In this document: one piece after another, positions 1 through 8,684 of the stretch
Position numbering within the stretch: position 1 is the stretch's first letter
Layout: each line of letters starts with the position of its first letter
Origin: Candidatus Susulua stagnicola
Lineage (GTDB): Bacteria > Omnitrophota > Gorgyraeia > Duberdicusellales > 4484-171
Reading direction: 5' to 3'
Length of the DNA stretch: 37,269 nt
NCBI GenBank assembly: GCA_030765735.1
Contig: JAVCBZ010000026.1
Coordinates: 1-37,269, forward strand
Notes under the pieces: generated by a model
Told to the model about the DNA's origin: nothing
The model's input: only the letters and a program-made list of their open reading frames with translations
The model's database searches: none
Position numbers and translations under genes: made by a program

Positions 1-2065
1 CAACCCGCATTTCTCGCGTGATTGGCTTCATCGCAAAAGAAATATATTCGAGCACATCAAACAAATCACTTTTTTCAGCGTTAATTACTTTTTGTAAAGT
101 TATCAATTCATCTAACCCATACCCCGCATCTGCAAGCTTTCCAAGTAATGCCTTACGTGTATCCGGCTTAGACCAGATTCTACGCAGTTCATCTTCGCTT
201 TTAAAAAATTCCGGTAAAACTCCAAACATGGCCTGCAAAAACTCTTCTGCTGAGATTGGCTTACCATCAGCACTCCAAAATGAAGTAGAAATCATATGCT
301 GGATTTCGCGTTCTTTTCCATCACGTAATTTAATCTTAATCTTTTTCTTGGGAGGCTCGGGCGGTTCTGAAGGTTCAGGCGAATCTTTAGGTGATTTTGT
401 CTCTTTTTCTGTTGTTTCATCTATCGGTTCGCCATCCCATTCGGGATCAAGAAAATGATGATACGCATCTACAAAATCATAAATAGTAAAATACTCTTTT
501 CCGTCAAACAACCGTGTTCCACGCCCAATAATTTGCTTAAACTCAATTATGGAGTTAACTGGACGCATTAGTATAATATTACGAATATTACGAGCGTCTA
601 CACCCGTGGATAGCTTTTGTGAAGTAGTCAAAATAGTTGGAACAGTTTTCTCATTATCTTGAAATTCACGCAAATACTGCTCACCCAATGCGCCATCATT
701 GGCGGTTACACGCACGCAGTAATTCGGTTCTTTGCTTTGTTTATACTGATTAACTAAATCCCGCACTGCTAACGCATGATTCTGAGTAGAACAAAAAACA
801 ATGCCCTTTTCGCTTTGGTCGATTTCAGAAAGAAATATCTGTACTCGTTTGGCTTCACGTTCTTTAATTATTATGACCCTATTAAAATCTGGCTCTGTAT
901 AAATTTTTCCCTGCTCTATCTCGCCTTCAATAATCTGATCATCTGAGGTATAGATATAATCGTCTATTGTAGTTTGAATCCGCTTAACCTTAAACGGCGT
1001 CAAGAAACCATCGTTGATGCCCTCTTTGAGTGAATAGATATGCACCGGCTCGCCGAAATAACGATAAGTGTCCACATTATCTTTGCGTCTAGGCGTTGCA
1101 GTTAAACCAAGCTGAACAGCAGGCGAAAAATACTCCATAATGCCACGCCAATTGCCTTCGTCATTTGCACCCCCGCGATGACATTCGTCAATAATGATAA
1201 AGTCAAAATAGTCGTTCGGATATTGACCAAAATACGGAGCAAGGTTGCCATCCTTATCCTTGCCACTCATAAAGGTTTGAAAGATAGTGAAAAAAATGCT
1301 ACCACTGGTTGGGACTCGACCATTTCTACGAATTTCATGAGGCTTAATTCGAGCCAGAGCATCTTCTGGAAATGCTGAAAAGGCATTAAATGCCTGATCC
1401 GCGAGTATATTTCTGTCTGCTAAAAACAAAATCCGTGGCCTACGAGAGCCATCTCGTCTTAAATCCCAGCGTGTCTGAAAAAGTTTCCAAGCTATCTGAA
1501 AAGCAATAAAGGTTTTACCTGTCCCAGTAGCAAGTGTAAGCAATATACGCTGCTCGTTTTCGGCAATGGCAGCCACTGCATTATTGACAGCGATTTCCTG
1601 ATAATAGCGTACATCCTTTGTGCCACCTATATCTTCAAATGGCACCTGATTAAATTTATCTTGCCATTGATTCTGGGCAGCAAAGGTTTTATTCCAAAGT
1701 TCATCCGGCGATGGGAATGCGGTAATCAATCCTTCCTTGCCAGTTTTCATACAAATTTGATAAATCTCTTTACCGTTACTGGAATAAGTCCTATCAAGAT
1801 GAAGCATTCCGGCATAGTTCTTGGCTTGAGCCACACCTTCCCCTACTTTAAGTTCATCGCTTTTCGCTTCAATGACAGCTAGTTTACACCCCTTATAAAC
1901 CAACACATAGTCAGCAATCAAGGGTTTAGCTCTTCCACCACCGGTCTGGATTTTACCAGCAGTGATTTTATATTCCCGAAGGACTTTTGTATCTTCGACT
2001 ACACCCCAACCGCTTTCCTTCAACTTCGGGTCGATATATTCAGCTCTTGTTTCAGCTTCGTTCAT
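1..2065 (-). CDS. hsdR: Type I restriction enzyme R subunit (EcoAI-like), 3' end runs off window
   Basis: Manual translation from ATG at 2065: MNEAETRAEYIDPKL..., nuclease motif ADYVL...IEAK, Walker A ATGTGKT, DECH box, LTAT, QIIGRGTR; ATGA overlap with hsdS stop; absent from ORF track because no stop in window. Confidence 0.95.
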   Translation of the reverse strand, partial: MNEAETRAEYIDPKLKESGWGVVEDTKVLREYKITAGKIQTGGGRAKPLIADYVLVYKGCKLAVIEAKSDELKVGEGVAQAKNYAGMLHLDRTYSSNGKEIYQICMKTGKEGLITAFPSPDELWNKTFAAQNQWQDKFNQVPFEDIGGTKDVRYYQEIAVNNAVAAIAENEQRILLTLATGTGKTFIAFQIAWKLFQTRWDLRRDGSRRPRILFLADRNILADQAFNAFSAFPEDALARIKPHEIRRNGRVPTSGSIFFTIFQTFMSGKDKDGNLAPYFGQYPNDYFDFIIIDECHRGGANDEGNWRGIMEYFSPAVQLGLTATPRRKDNVDTYRYFGEPVHIYSLKEGINDGFLTPFKVKRIQTTIDDYIYTSDDQIIEGEIEQGKIYTEPDFNRVIIIKEREAKRVQIFLSEIDQSEKGIVFCSTQNHALAVRDLVNQYKQSKEPNYCVRVTANDGALGEQYLREFQDNEKTVPTILTTSQKLSTGVDARNIRNIILMRPVNSIIEFKQIIGRGTRLFDGKEYFTIYDFVDAYHHFLDPEWDGEPIDETTEKETKSPKDSPEPSEPPEPPKKKIKIKLRDGKEREIQHMISTSFWSADGKPISAEEFLQAMFGVLPEFFKSEDELRRIWSKPDTRKALLGKLADAGYGLDELITLQKVINAEKSDLFDVLEYISFAMKPITREMRV

Positions 2066-3222
2066 GATTGTGCTCCTGCAAGTTTACCATTAAAAGCTTT
2101 TTGAAGAATTGATTTCTTTAATTCCTCTAGATCTACCAGTTTTTGCTGGCATATGGCTTCAAGCTTTTTAGTTTCTGCGGAAAGCGTATCAAGTTTGCTA
2201 ACGATAGCTTTTTGCTCAAAGAGAGATTTTGGGAATGGCAAATAGTAACTATAAATAAAATCTTTTGAAATTCGTTTATGGCCAACTGCGCCCGTCATTA
2301 ATTTTTTACCCTCTTCTCTAAATTGATTACGTGTTAAAAAATAGTATAAATAATCAGGAATTATTTCACCTTTTGACCGAAAAACTATGTATTCACTTGA
2401 ACCAAACCCAACGCCATTCGTTAAATTGCGTGCAATTCCAATTTTTCCGTTTTCAAAGCAGGGTGTGATTTTAGCAAGCAGCACATCATCATCTGCAAAA
2501 TATGTATAACTGCTAAAGACATCTTTTAATTGTCTTTCTTTTGTGGCGTTTATTTCTTTGGTCAAGATACCCAAATCTTTCATAGGAAGAAATGTAACAG
2601 ATCCAGCATCTTTTAACTTTTCTTTCGTTTCCTTTTTTGGAGGTTTTATCACGCATACTTCTCCCAGAGTTTTTCCTCCCCATTCATCCCCCAAATTAGC
2701 AAAAACGCTTTGCAGATATGTTTCAAACAGCTCACGGGCATTTTGCAAATTCTTTTCAGTATTTCCTTTTGCCTTAGCAATTTTTTCAAAAAGTTCATCC
2801 AAAATCTTCACTATCCGCTTTTGTTCGGGTAGAAGCGGAAGTGGTATGAGAAGCTCTTGAAAATGTCTAATCCTTAATGATTTAGCTGTTGCTCCAACAG
2901 CAACTTGTTCAAAGTATTTATGATCAAAAATTAAGTAATATTCAACAAATCTTATGCTAACACTTTCATCAAAGTTAAAAAGCGCATAAGCTCTTTGATG
3001 AAGATCAAATTTTCCAGAATAATATCTTGGAAAGAATTCTGCTCCTTCTCCCGGAATTATTAAAGCCTTACAATCAAAAAGAAATCGCCTACTTCTTTTT
3101 ACCTTCTTTGATCGGTCAAAAAAAGCGTACTCACCGTTTTCAACTGCCTCGTTAGCGTTAGATTTACCAGTGCTAATTTTGCAAATACTTCCAAGCGTTT
3201 TTGTTTTCCAATTCTTCCTCAT
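2062..3222 (-). CDS. hsdS: Type I RM specificity subunit
   Basis: Two TRDs each followed by conserved P.P...EQK.IV..LD repeats; between hsdM and hsdR. Confidence 0.95.
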   Translation of the reverse strand: MRKNWKTKTLGSICKISTGKSNANEAVENGEYAFFDRSKKVKRSRRFLFDCKALIIPGEGAEFFPRYYSGKFDLHQRAYALFNFDESVSIRFVEYYLIFDHKYFEQVAVGATAKSLRIRHFQELLIPLPLLPEQKRIVKILDELFEKIAKAKGNTEKNLQNARELFETYLQSVFANLGDEWGGKTLGEVCVIKPPKKETKEKLKDAGSVTFLPMKDLGILTKEINATKERQLKDVFSSYTYFADDDVLLAKITPCFENGKIGIARNLTNGVGFGSSEYIVFRSKGEIIPDYLYYFLTRNQFREEGKKLMTGAVGHKRISKDFIYSYYLPFPKSLFEQKAIVSKLDTLSAETKKLEAICQQKLVDLEELKKSILQKAFNGKLAGAQS

Positions 3223-4673
3223 ACCAAATCTCTAATCGTCTTTAAAATATCAACTGCTTCTTTACCCAGTATTTTCATTTCAGCCAATATTTCTTTTGGT
3301 TTTCGCAGAATAGTTTTGTCTTTTTTATTCGGATTTTTCACAGACAAATCAAATGTACCCTTATCAACATCAGCCACGTTTACTGTCCAAGAGTTTTCGG
3401 ATTCTTCTTTTTTCTTCTGCAATTTTACAAACTCTGCCAGATCATTTTCATTAAGCGGATTAGTCTTGCCGAGATTGCGATTAAGATTAAGTTGATAGTA
3501 CCAAATTTTCTTCGTCTTAACCCCTTTATCAAAGAAAAGCACCACAGTCTTCACACCCGCACCGGTAAAAGTACCACCGGGTAAATCCAGAATGGTGTGC
3601 AGATTACAATTTTCTAAAAGCAGTTTTCGTAAACTGGTCGAAGCGTTGTCCGTATTAGAAAGAAATGTATTTTTAATTACAACGCCTGCTCGCCCGCCAG
3701 CCTTAACGATTTTGATAAAGTGTTGAAGGAAAAGAAATGCAGTCTCACCAGTTTTGATTGGAAAGTTTTGCTGAACTTCTTTACGAATCCCCGCACCAAA
3801 AGGTGGATTGGCTAAGACAATATCGTAACGATCTTTTTCCTGAATATCAGTAATGTTTTCTGATAACGTATTAGTATGCACAATATTGGGTGTTTCTATA
3901 CCATGCAAAATCATATTCATTGTACCAATAATGTAAGCAAGAGATTTGATTTCTTTACCGTAAAAGGTTTTTTTCTGCAAAATTTTGGCTTGTTTAGTTG
4001 TTAAGTTCTTATTGGTTTTAAGATATTCAAAGGCTTCGCATAAAAACCCAGCCGAACCTACTGCTCCATCGTAAATTTTATTTCCAATAGTAGGAGCAAC
4101 CACTTCCACAATGGTTTTAATAAGCGGGCGAGGTGTATAATATTCTCCGCCATTTCTGCCTGCGTTGCCCATATTCTTGATTTTGGCTTCATATAAATGC
4201 GACATTTCATGTTTTTCTTTGTGAGCCCTAAACCGAAGTTCATCAATACGATTAATTACTTCTCGTAGATTATACCCGCTTTGAACTTTATTTTTAAGTT
4301 CACTAAAAATTTCACCTATCTTGTATTCAATCGTATCTGCGCTTTCAGCGCTTGCTTTAAACTTTTTAAAGTAGGGGAATAGCTTATGGTCAGCAAAATC
4401 TTTTAAATCGTCTCCAGTAAGTGCCTTGTGGTGATCAAGTTTGCCATCCTTACCTTTAGGAACGGCCCATGTTTCCCATTGATACTCAGGCTTTATTATG
4501 CCTGTATAAGTTTTACCTGATAATTTTGCCGCTGTTTTCTTATCCTTCTCTAGATCATCTAGATATTTCAAAAAAAGAATCCAAGAAGTTTGCTCTACAT
4601 AATCCAGCTCGCTAGAACATCCTGCGTCTTTATGGAGAATATCGTCAATATTTTTAAAAGTTTGTTCAAACAT
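3219..4673 (-). CDS. hsdM: Type I RM N6-adenine methyltransferase (ATG at 4673 preferred; GTG at 4679 alternative)
   Basis: GEYYTPR, motif I YDGAVGSAGF, motif IV NPPF; ATGA overlap with hsdS. Confidence 0.95.
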   Translation of the reverse strand: MFEQTFKNIDDILHKDAGCSSELDYVEQTSWILFLKYLDDLEKDKKTAAKLSGKTYTGIIKPEYQWETWAVPKGKDGKLDHHKALTGDDLKDFADHKLFPYFKKFKASAESADTIEYKIGEIFSELKNKVQSGYNLREVINRIDELRFRAHKEKHEMSHLYEAKIKNMGNAGRNGGEYYTPRPLIKTIVEVVAPTIGNKIYDGAVGSAGFLCEAFEYLKTNKNLTTKQAKILQKKTFYGKEIKSLAYIIGTMNMILHGIETPNIVHTNTLSENITDIQEKDRYDIVLANPPFGAGIRKEVQQNFPIKTGETAFLFLQHFIKIVKAGGRAGVVIKNTFLSNTDNASTSLRKLLLENCNLHTILDLPGGTFTGAGVKTVVLFFDKGVKTKKIWYYQLNLNRNLGKTNPLNENDLAEFVKLQKKKEESENSWTVNVADVDKGTFDLSVKNPNKKDKTILRKPKEILAEMKILGKEAVDILKTIRDLV

Positions 4674-5583
4674 TGGCACTTCTCTTGATAGTAAAGGGTT
4701 TCTTTAATTGAGAGCTTATTATATTATGGCTGTGAAGGTTTAATTTTTTAGAAAAAATCATGATTTCTTTACCTATTTTTGATTGATATGCACTGTGCTG
4801 GATTGTAAATTTTCTTTTGCGCATTTTTGTGTAAAGCTTGCGTATATACGAAACGTCATCATACGTCATAATCCATTTTAACGATGAATCCTGCAAAAAT
4901 TTCCTTAGTTTTTCATGGTCGCTATCTTCGTAGTGGTTAAGATAGAGAAGTTTACCTTTTTGATAATAAGGCGGATCAAGAAAAATAAAATAATTGCTCA
5001 TGTTTTTACATCGTTCTATCTTTTTTAAAAGGCTAATTCCGTCAAGATTATAGACTTTGATTTTATTCTTATATCTCTTAATTCGCTTCAAGCGCTTAAC
5101 AAGCGTGCTTTTAGTAAAACGGACGTCAAGCTTCCAGTCTCCGGATTGATCCATTCCCCCAATTGGACCCCCTTCAATGATCCCCGATCTATTTGTTCTA
5201 TTTAGAAAAAGTGTTGCAAACGCCAATTCATGATCAGAGGACAATGCCCTATTATATATCTCTTTCTGTCTTTTCCATTCCTCGATAGTAATCTTCACTT
5301 CTAGTACTCTTTTTATTAAATATTCACTATCAGAAAGAGCGGTTTTCCAAAAGGCATAAATGGCAGAATCAAAATCATTGATTATAATTCTGTTAACTTG
5401 TCCTGCAAATAATAAGGACAGCGCTGCCCCTGCTCCTCCTGCATATGGTTCAACGAGAATTACTTTACCCTTGTCTTCTTCTGTGAAATTTTTTTCAATT
5501 GTCTTAGCAAAAAACTTTGCAAGACGAGTCTTTCCTCCTGGATACCTAATAGGACTAACAAATTTTAGTTTTGCTTTTTCCAT
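4666..5583 (-). CDS. D12-class (Dam-family) DNA adenine methyltransferase
   Basis: SPIRYPGGK, EPYAGGAG, IIIND, LFLNRTNRSG, DPPYY motifs. Confidence 0.9.
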   Translation of the reverse strand: MEKAKLKFVSPIRYPGGKTRLAKFFAKTIEKNFTEEDKGKVILVEPYAGGAGAALSLLFAGQVNRIIINDFDSAIYAFWKTALSDSEYLIKRVLEVKITIEEWKRQKEIYNRALSSDHELAFATLFLNRTNRSGIIEGGPIGGMDQSGDWKLDVRFTKSTLVKRLKRIKRYKNKIKVYNLDGISLLKKIERCKNMSNYFIFLDPPYYQKGKLLYLNHYEDSDHEKLRKFLQDSSLKWIMTYDDVSYIRKLYTKMRKRKFTIQHSAYQSKIGKEIMIFSKKLNLHSHNIISSQLKKPFTIKRSANV

Positions 5584-5584
5584 T

Positions 5585-6991
5585 CTACGTTTCTTTCTTT
5601 TCAGGAACTGACGATAAAATAAACATAAATAACGGCTTTAACTCATCCCACCCTTGTTGCACAGCCTCTCTATTGCTGAAAAAATAATGGCTATGATTTA
5701 ATTGGTGCATAAAATTAGCAGTATACCCCATCATGCTTACACTACCTTTTGTTTGTTCGATTTTCGTTATAAGATTTTTTAGCGCTTTAAATTTCGAACC
5801 AGCAAGAAGCTTAACTTTTTCATTCCCCTTAAATTCTTCTAAAGCATCCTTTAAAAAGGAGTATTCTCCTTTTTTCTTTATTGCTATCTCATGTAAATCA
5901 AAGAAGGCTTTGAGTGAGCATTCTAAAAAACTCCTTAATAAATCATGCGCAGCATTTGGGAAACCCCTATCATTACTGATGGATATTCTTTCTATCTCTT
6001 TGTACATGCGTTCTATTGCGGGAAATGGAAGGTAAAAATTAATACCCTGAGTATTCAGCTTATTCTTGGTGATTTTAGTTGGTTTAACCGGTACAAAATC
6101 ACTCGCCATAGCTGTTGTTTTGAAGGACAATTTTTTGGGAACAATTTGGTCAATGTACGTTTTTCTCTCTGTACTATCACTAATTTTTTTCCGAGATGTA
6201 ATTATTTTGTCCACAATGTCAGTAATGATAATTGTATAGGCGCGATCAAATTCTTGTGATTTGGGAATTGTTACCTCTCCCGTTTCAGGGTTAAACTGAA
6301 GTCCCATTTTTTCTTGTACATATTTATCTGAATACAATCTTTCCAGGGTTGTAATATCAAAATTTCGCTTATTGTTTATTTTTTTACGCACTTCATCGGA
6401 AAGCTTCGGTAAGGATGTTGCAATCTGATGCATTTCATACATCCTAATATATGCAGGAATATTAACTCCTTTATATCTTTTAATTAAATTTTGAACAGAT
6501 CTACCTTTTTCTTTTTGGGCATAATAAAAATAGGCTCTTCTTAATGCACTCCATGGACGTTTGGTATTTTTTGTATGTTTTGCGGCTAAATACTGCATTG
6601 CCGCTTCTCTGTTGGGTGCAACTCTAACCGTTATGCTAAGAATAGGGCTTCTTTCAAGCATTAATTTTCTAATTTTTTCTTTGTATTTTCGAGGAACATG
6701 AATTGGGTCTATCATTGCTTGCAAAGAGGCCACTCTTCGACTTCCTTCAAAAACAACCCAATTTTTGTTTTCTCTAACAACTACAGGGCTTTCGTCGGGG
6801 AAAAACCCATTTTCATAAATACTGAGAAGAATTTGCATAGCCTTTTCATTAACAAATAAATCTCTAACGATTTCATCTTGCGTTTTGCGTTCCGTCTCTA
6901 GTCGAATATTCTCTGGATCAAGCAAAAGAGAAGCAACCAAGACAGTAATTGGTTTCCATTCTTGCTGATAATTTATAAGTTTCTTTTTCAT
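5585..6991 (-). CDS. ParB/Srx-like N-terminal domain protein with putative HEPN-like C-terminal domain; candidate defence effector
   Basis: LLLDPENIRL...YENGF...PVVV...VVFEGSRRVASL (ParB-like GxRR); C-terminal FPNAAHDLLRSFLE...MHQLNHSH helical region resembling HEPN. Confidence 0.6.
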   Translation of the reverse strand: MKKKLINYQQEWKPITVLVASLLLDPENIRLETERKTQDEIVRDLFVNEKAMQILLSIYENGFFPDESPVVVRENKNWVVFEGSRRVASLQAMIDPIHVPRKYKEKIRKLMLERSPILSITVRVAPNREAAMQYLAAKHTKNTKRPWSALRRAYFYYAQKEKGRSVQNLIKRYKGVNIPAYIRMYEMHQIATSLPKLSDEVRKKINNKRNFDITTLERLYSDKYVQEKMGLQFNPETGEVTIPKSQEFDRAYTIIITDIVDKIITSRKKISDSTERKTYIDQIVPKKLSFKTTAMASDFVPVKPTKITKNKLNTQGINFYLPFPAIERMYKEIERISISNDRGFPNAAHDLLRSFLECSLKAFFDLHEIAIKKKGEYSFLKDALEEFKGNEKVKLLAGSKFKALKNLITKIEQTKGSVSMMGYTANFMHQLNHSHYFFSNREAVQQGWDELKPLFMFILSSVPEKKET

Positions 6992-7050
6992 GATGCTCCT
7001 TTTATTTTACTTTTATTTACCCAAAAGTTCTTATTGTATTTCTCTATCTT

Positions 7051-7245
7051 TTATCTCCCCACTAATTCATCTATCTTAATTTTAAAAGCATTTGCAAGTT
7101 TTGTTAATGTCTCTAGGGTTGGGTTTTTGTTTGACCCCGATTCTATCTTGATAAGAGTGCTGTAGGTAATTCCGGCTTTTTGGGCGAGTTGTTCTTGAGA
7201 CAAATGGTGTTTCTTCCTAAGTTTTTTAATATTTGCGGCGAGCAT
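7051..7245 (-). CDS. XRE-family HTH transcriptional regulator (C-protein-like)
   Basis: IKKLRKKHHLSQEQLAQKAGITYSTLIKIESG..NPTLETL; AGGAG RBS. Confidence 0.9.
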   Translation of the reverse strand: MLAANIKKLRKKHHLSQEQLAQKAGITYSTLIKIESGSNKNPTLETLTKLANAFKIKIDELVGR

Positions 7246-7259
7246 AAAATCTCCTATTT

Positions 7260-8186
7260 CTATTTTATCTTTTCCATAATGCTTAAAATCCCTTTATCAA
7301 GTTGTGAGAAAGCAAACCATTTTTTACCAAGATCTTTTAATGATGCACCAATGTGATATACGACCTGCTTATCAATAATTAAAAACCTATCATGGGATTT
7401 ATTAAATATTTTAATTTCAATCGAATGATATTGCGCGTTATGTTTTTTTAAATCAAGGTGTAATTGTTTCGAAATTTGTTTGGTGAAAATAGTAGCAGAA
7501 ACGCCTTTTTTACGTTTATCAAGTAATGTTAAAACAGATTCATCAATATAATTATCAATCAATATAATAGATTTTTTTGCTTTTTTAATAATCTTTGAAA
7601 CAAAAAGATACGCTTCAAACACTTGTCCGTCAAAAAATATCCCCTGTTTAGGCTGAATATTTTCTTTTTCTAAGGCTTTAAAAACTTTCTCAAATTTTTT
7701 ATTTGTCTCTAGTTTATGCTCTAATTGTTTTTGCTCAACGTTATCAAGCCGTTGAAAAAGAACAGCGTTTGTTTGAATAAAACGACGCATTTGTACAAAA
7801 GCATTCATAATTTGGATACTAATCCTAATCGCTGTGTCACTTTTTAACACAGCAGATAGCATAGCTACCCCTTGTTCAGTAAAAACATAGGGCAAGTATT
7901 TTCGGTGTTTTCCTCTCTCATCTTTTAAGGTCGCAAAATGCGACCTTAAAGAATCATTAGATGCCTCAATTTGTGACATCCATTGATTAAGCTCTTGCTT
8001 TGTTAATTGAAACATAAATTCTTTTGGAAAACGATCAATGTTCCGCTTAACCTGTTCATTAAGTCTTTTTATTTCTACTCTATATAATCCAGCTAAGTCT
8101 CTATCAAACATAATCTGCCGTTTGCGAATTGTATGGATTTTTGATCTAATTTGTTTTTCGGTGGAATTTACTAACTCTTTTTTCAA
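7260..8186 (-). CDS. ORF6N-domain DNA-binding protein with C-terminal PLD-like domain
   Basis: IMFDRDLAGLY...LNEQVKRNIDRFPKEFMFQL...LPYVFTEQGVAMLS (ORF6N); C-terminal IIDNYID...SHDRFLIID...YHIGASLKDLG; TTG start with AGGAG RBS. Confidence 0.85.
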   Translation of the reverse strand: MKKELVNSTEKQIRSKIHTIRKRQIMFDRDLAGLYRVEIKRLNEQVKRNIDRFPKEFMFQLTKQELNQWMSQIEASNDSLRSHFATLKDERGKHRKYLPYVFTEQGVAMLSAVLKSDTAIRISIQIMNAFVQMRRFIQTNAVLFQRLDNVEQKQLEHKLETNKKFEKVFKALEKENIQPKQGIFFDGQVFEAYLFVSKIIKKAKKSIILIDNYIDESVLTLLDKRKKGVSATIFTKQISKQLHLDLKKHNAQYHSIEIKIFNKSHDRFLIIDKQVVYHIGASLKDLGKKWFAFSQLDKGILSIMEKIK

Positions 8187-8212
8187 CTTAAAACTCCTAT
8201 TTTTTTACTTGA

Positions 8213-8249
8213 CCCTTCGATGCGCTCATTGCATTCGCTTACTCAGGAC
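8213..8249. repeat. REP-like element CCCTTCGA...CTCAGGAC
   Basis: CCCTTCGATGCGCTCATTGCATTCGCTTACTCAGGAC; shares CCCTTCGA end with the element at 37037. Confidence 0.45.
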
Positions 8250-8274
8250 CTGCGGAAAATCTTTTAGATTTCCC

Positions 8275-8303
8275 TTGACAAACTATCAATATATTGCTAA
8301 TAT
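8275..8303 (+). promoter_or_regulatory. Sigma70-type promoter for small ORF/recombinase
   Basis: TTGACA-17 nt-TAATAT with extended -10 TG; repeated ACTATCA/TTATCA motifs nearby may be operators. Confidence 0.55.
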
Positions 8304-8387
8304 TGTATTAATAGATTACTATCAGTTTATTGCTCTTAATTTAATGATATTTTATCTCGTCTTTAGAAATTATCAAGTATTTTAAAT

Positions 8388-8561
8388 ATGGCTATTAAAC
8401 AGCTAACTAAACATACTAAATCACCTGCTCAGCCAATAAATTTTAATTGGCCTGACAATCCTGCTGTCAAAAATCTGCTGGATGTGATCTCCTCTATTCT
8501 CGCTGAAGAATATGTAGAGATAGCCAAAAAGAACCATGATGTATTCTCAAATGAAAAATAA
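8388..8561 (+). CDS. 57-aa hypothetical protein upstream of recombinase (candidate directionality factor)
   Basis: Manual translation MAIKQLTKHTKSPAQPINFNWPDNPAVKNLLDVISSILAEEYVEIAKKNHDVFSNEK; amphipathic helix; downstream of promoter; too short for the ORF track. Confidence 0.6.
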   Translation: MAIKQLTKHTKSPAQPINFNWPDNPAVKNLLDVISSILAEEYVEIAKKNHDVFSNEK

Positions 8562-8684
8562 TATTAACCCGGATGTATCCCTCCTCGCTGTATATAGGGT
8601 AAAATGTCTTCGACTTTTTACCCTAACTCGGAGGGATTTAATTCGGACTACAGGTTTTTCTCTGAAAAACCTAAGTCTCATTAA

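Noticed and set aside
2062-3222. Phase-variable hsdS (inversion or slippage)
   Set aside because: Single hsdS; no flanking inverted repeats or simple-sequence tract seen in the window
18-6259. Plus-strand ORFs (18-458, 1178-1378, 1661-1882, 2543-2860, 5360-5611, 5733-6035, 5945-6259)
   Set aside because: Antisense shadows of hsdR, hsdS, the methylase and the 468-aa gene; no recognisable motifs
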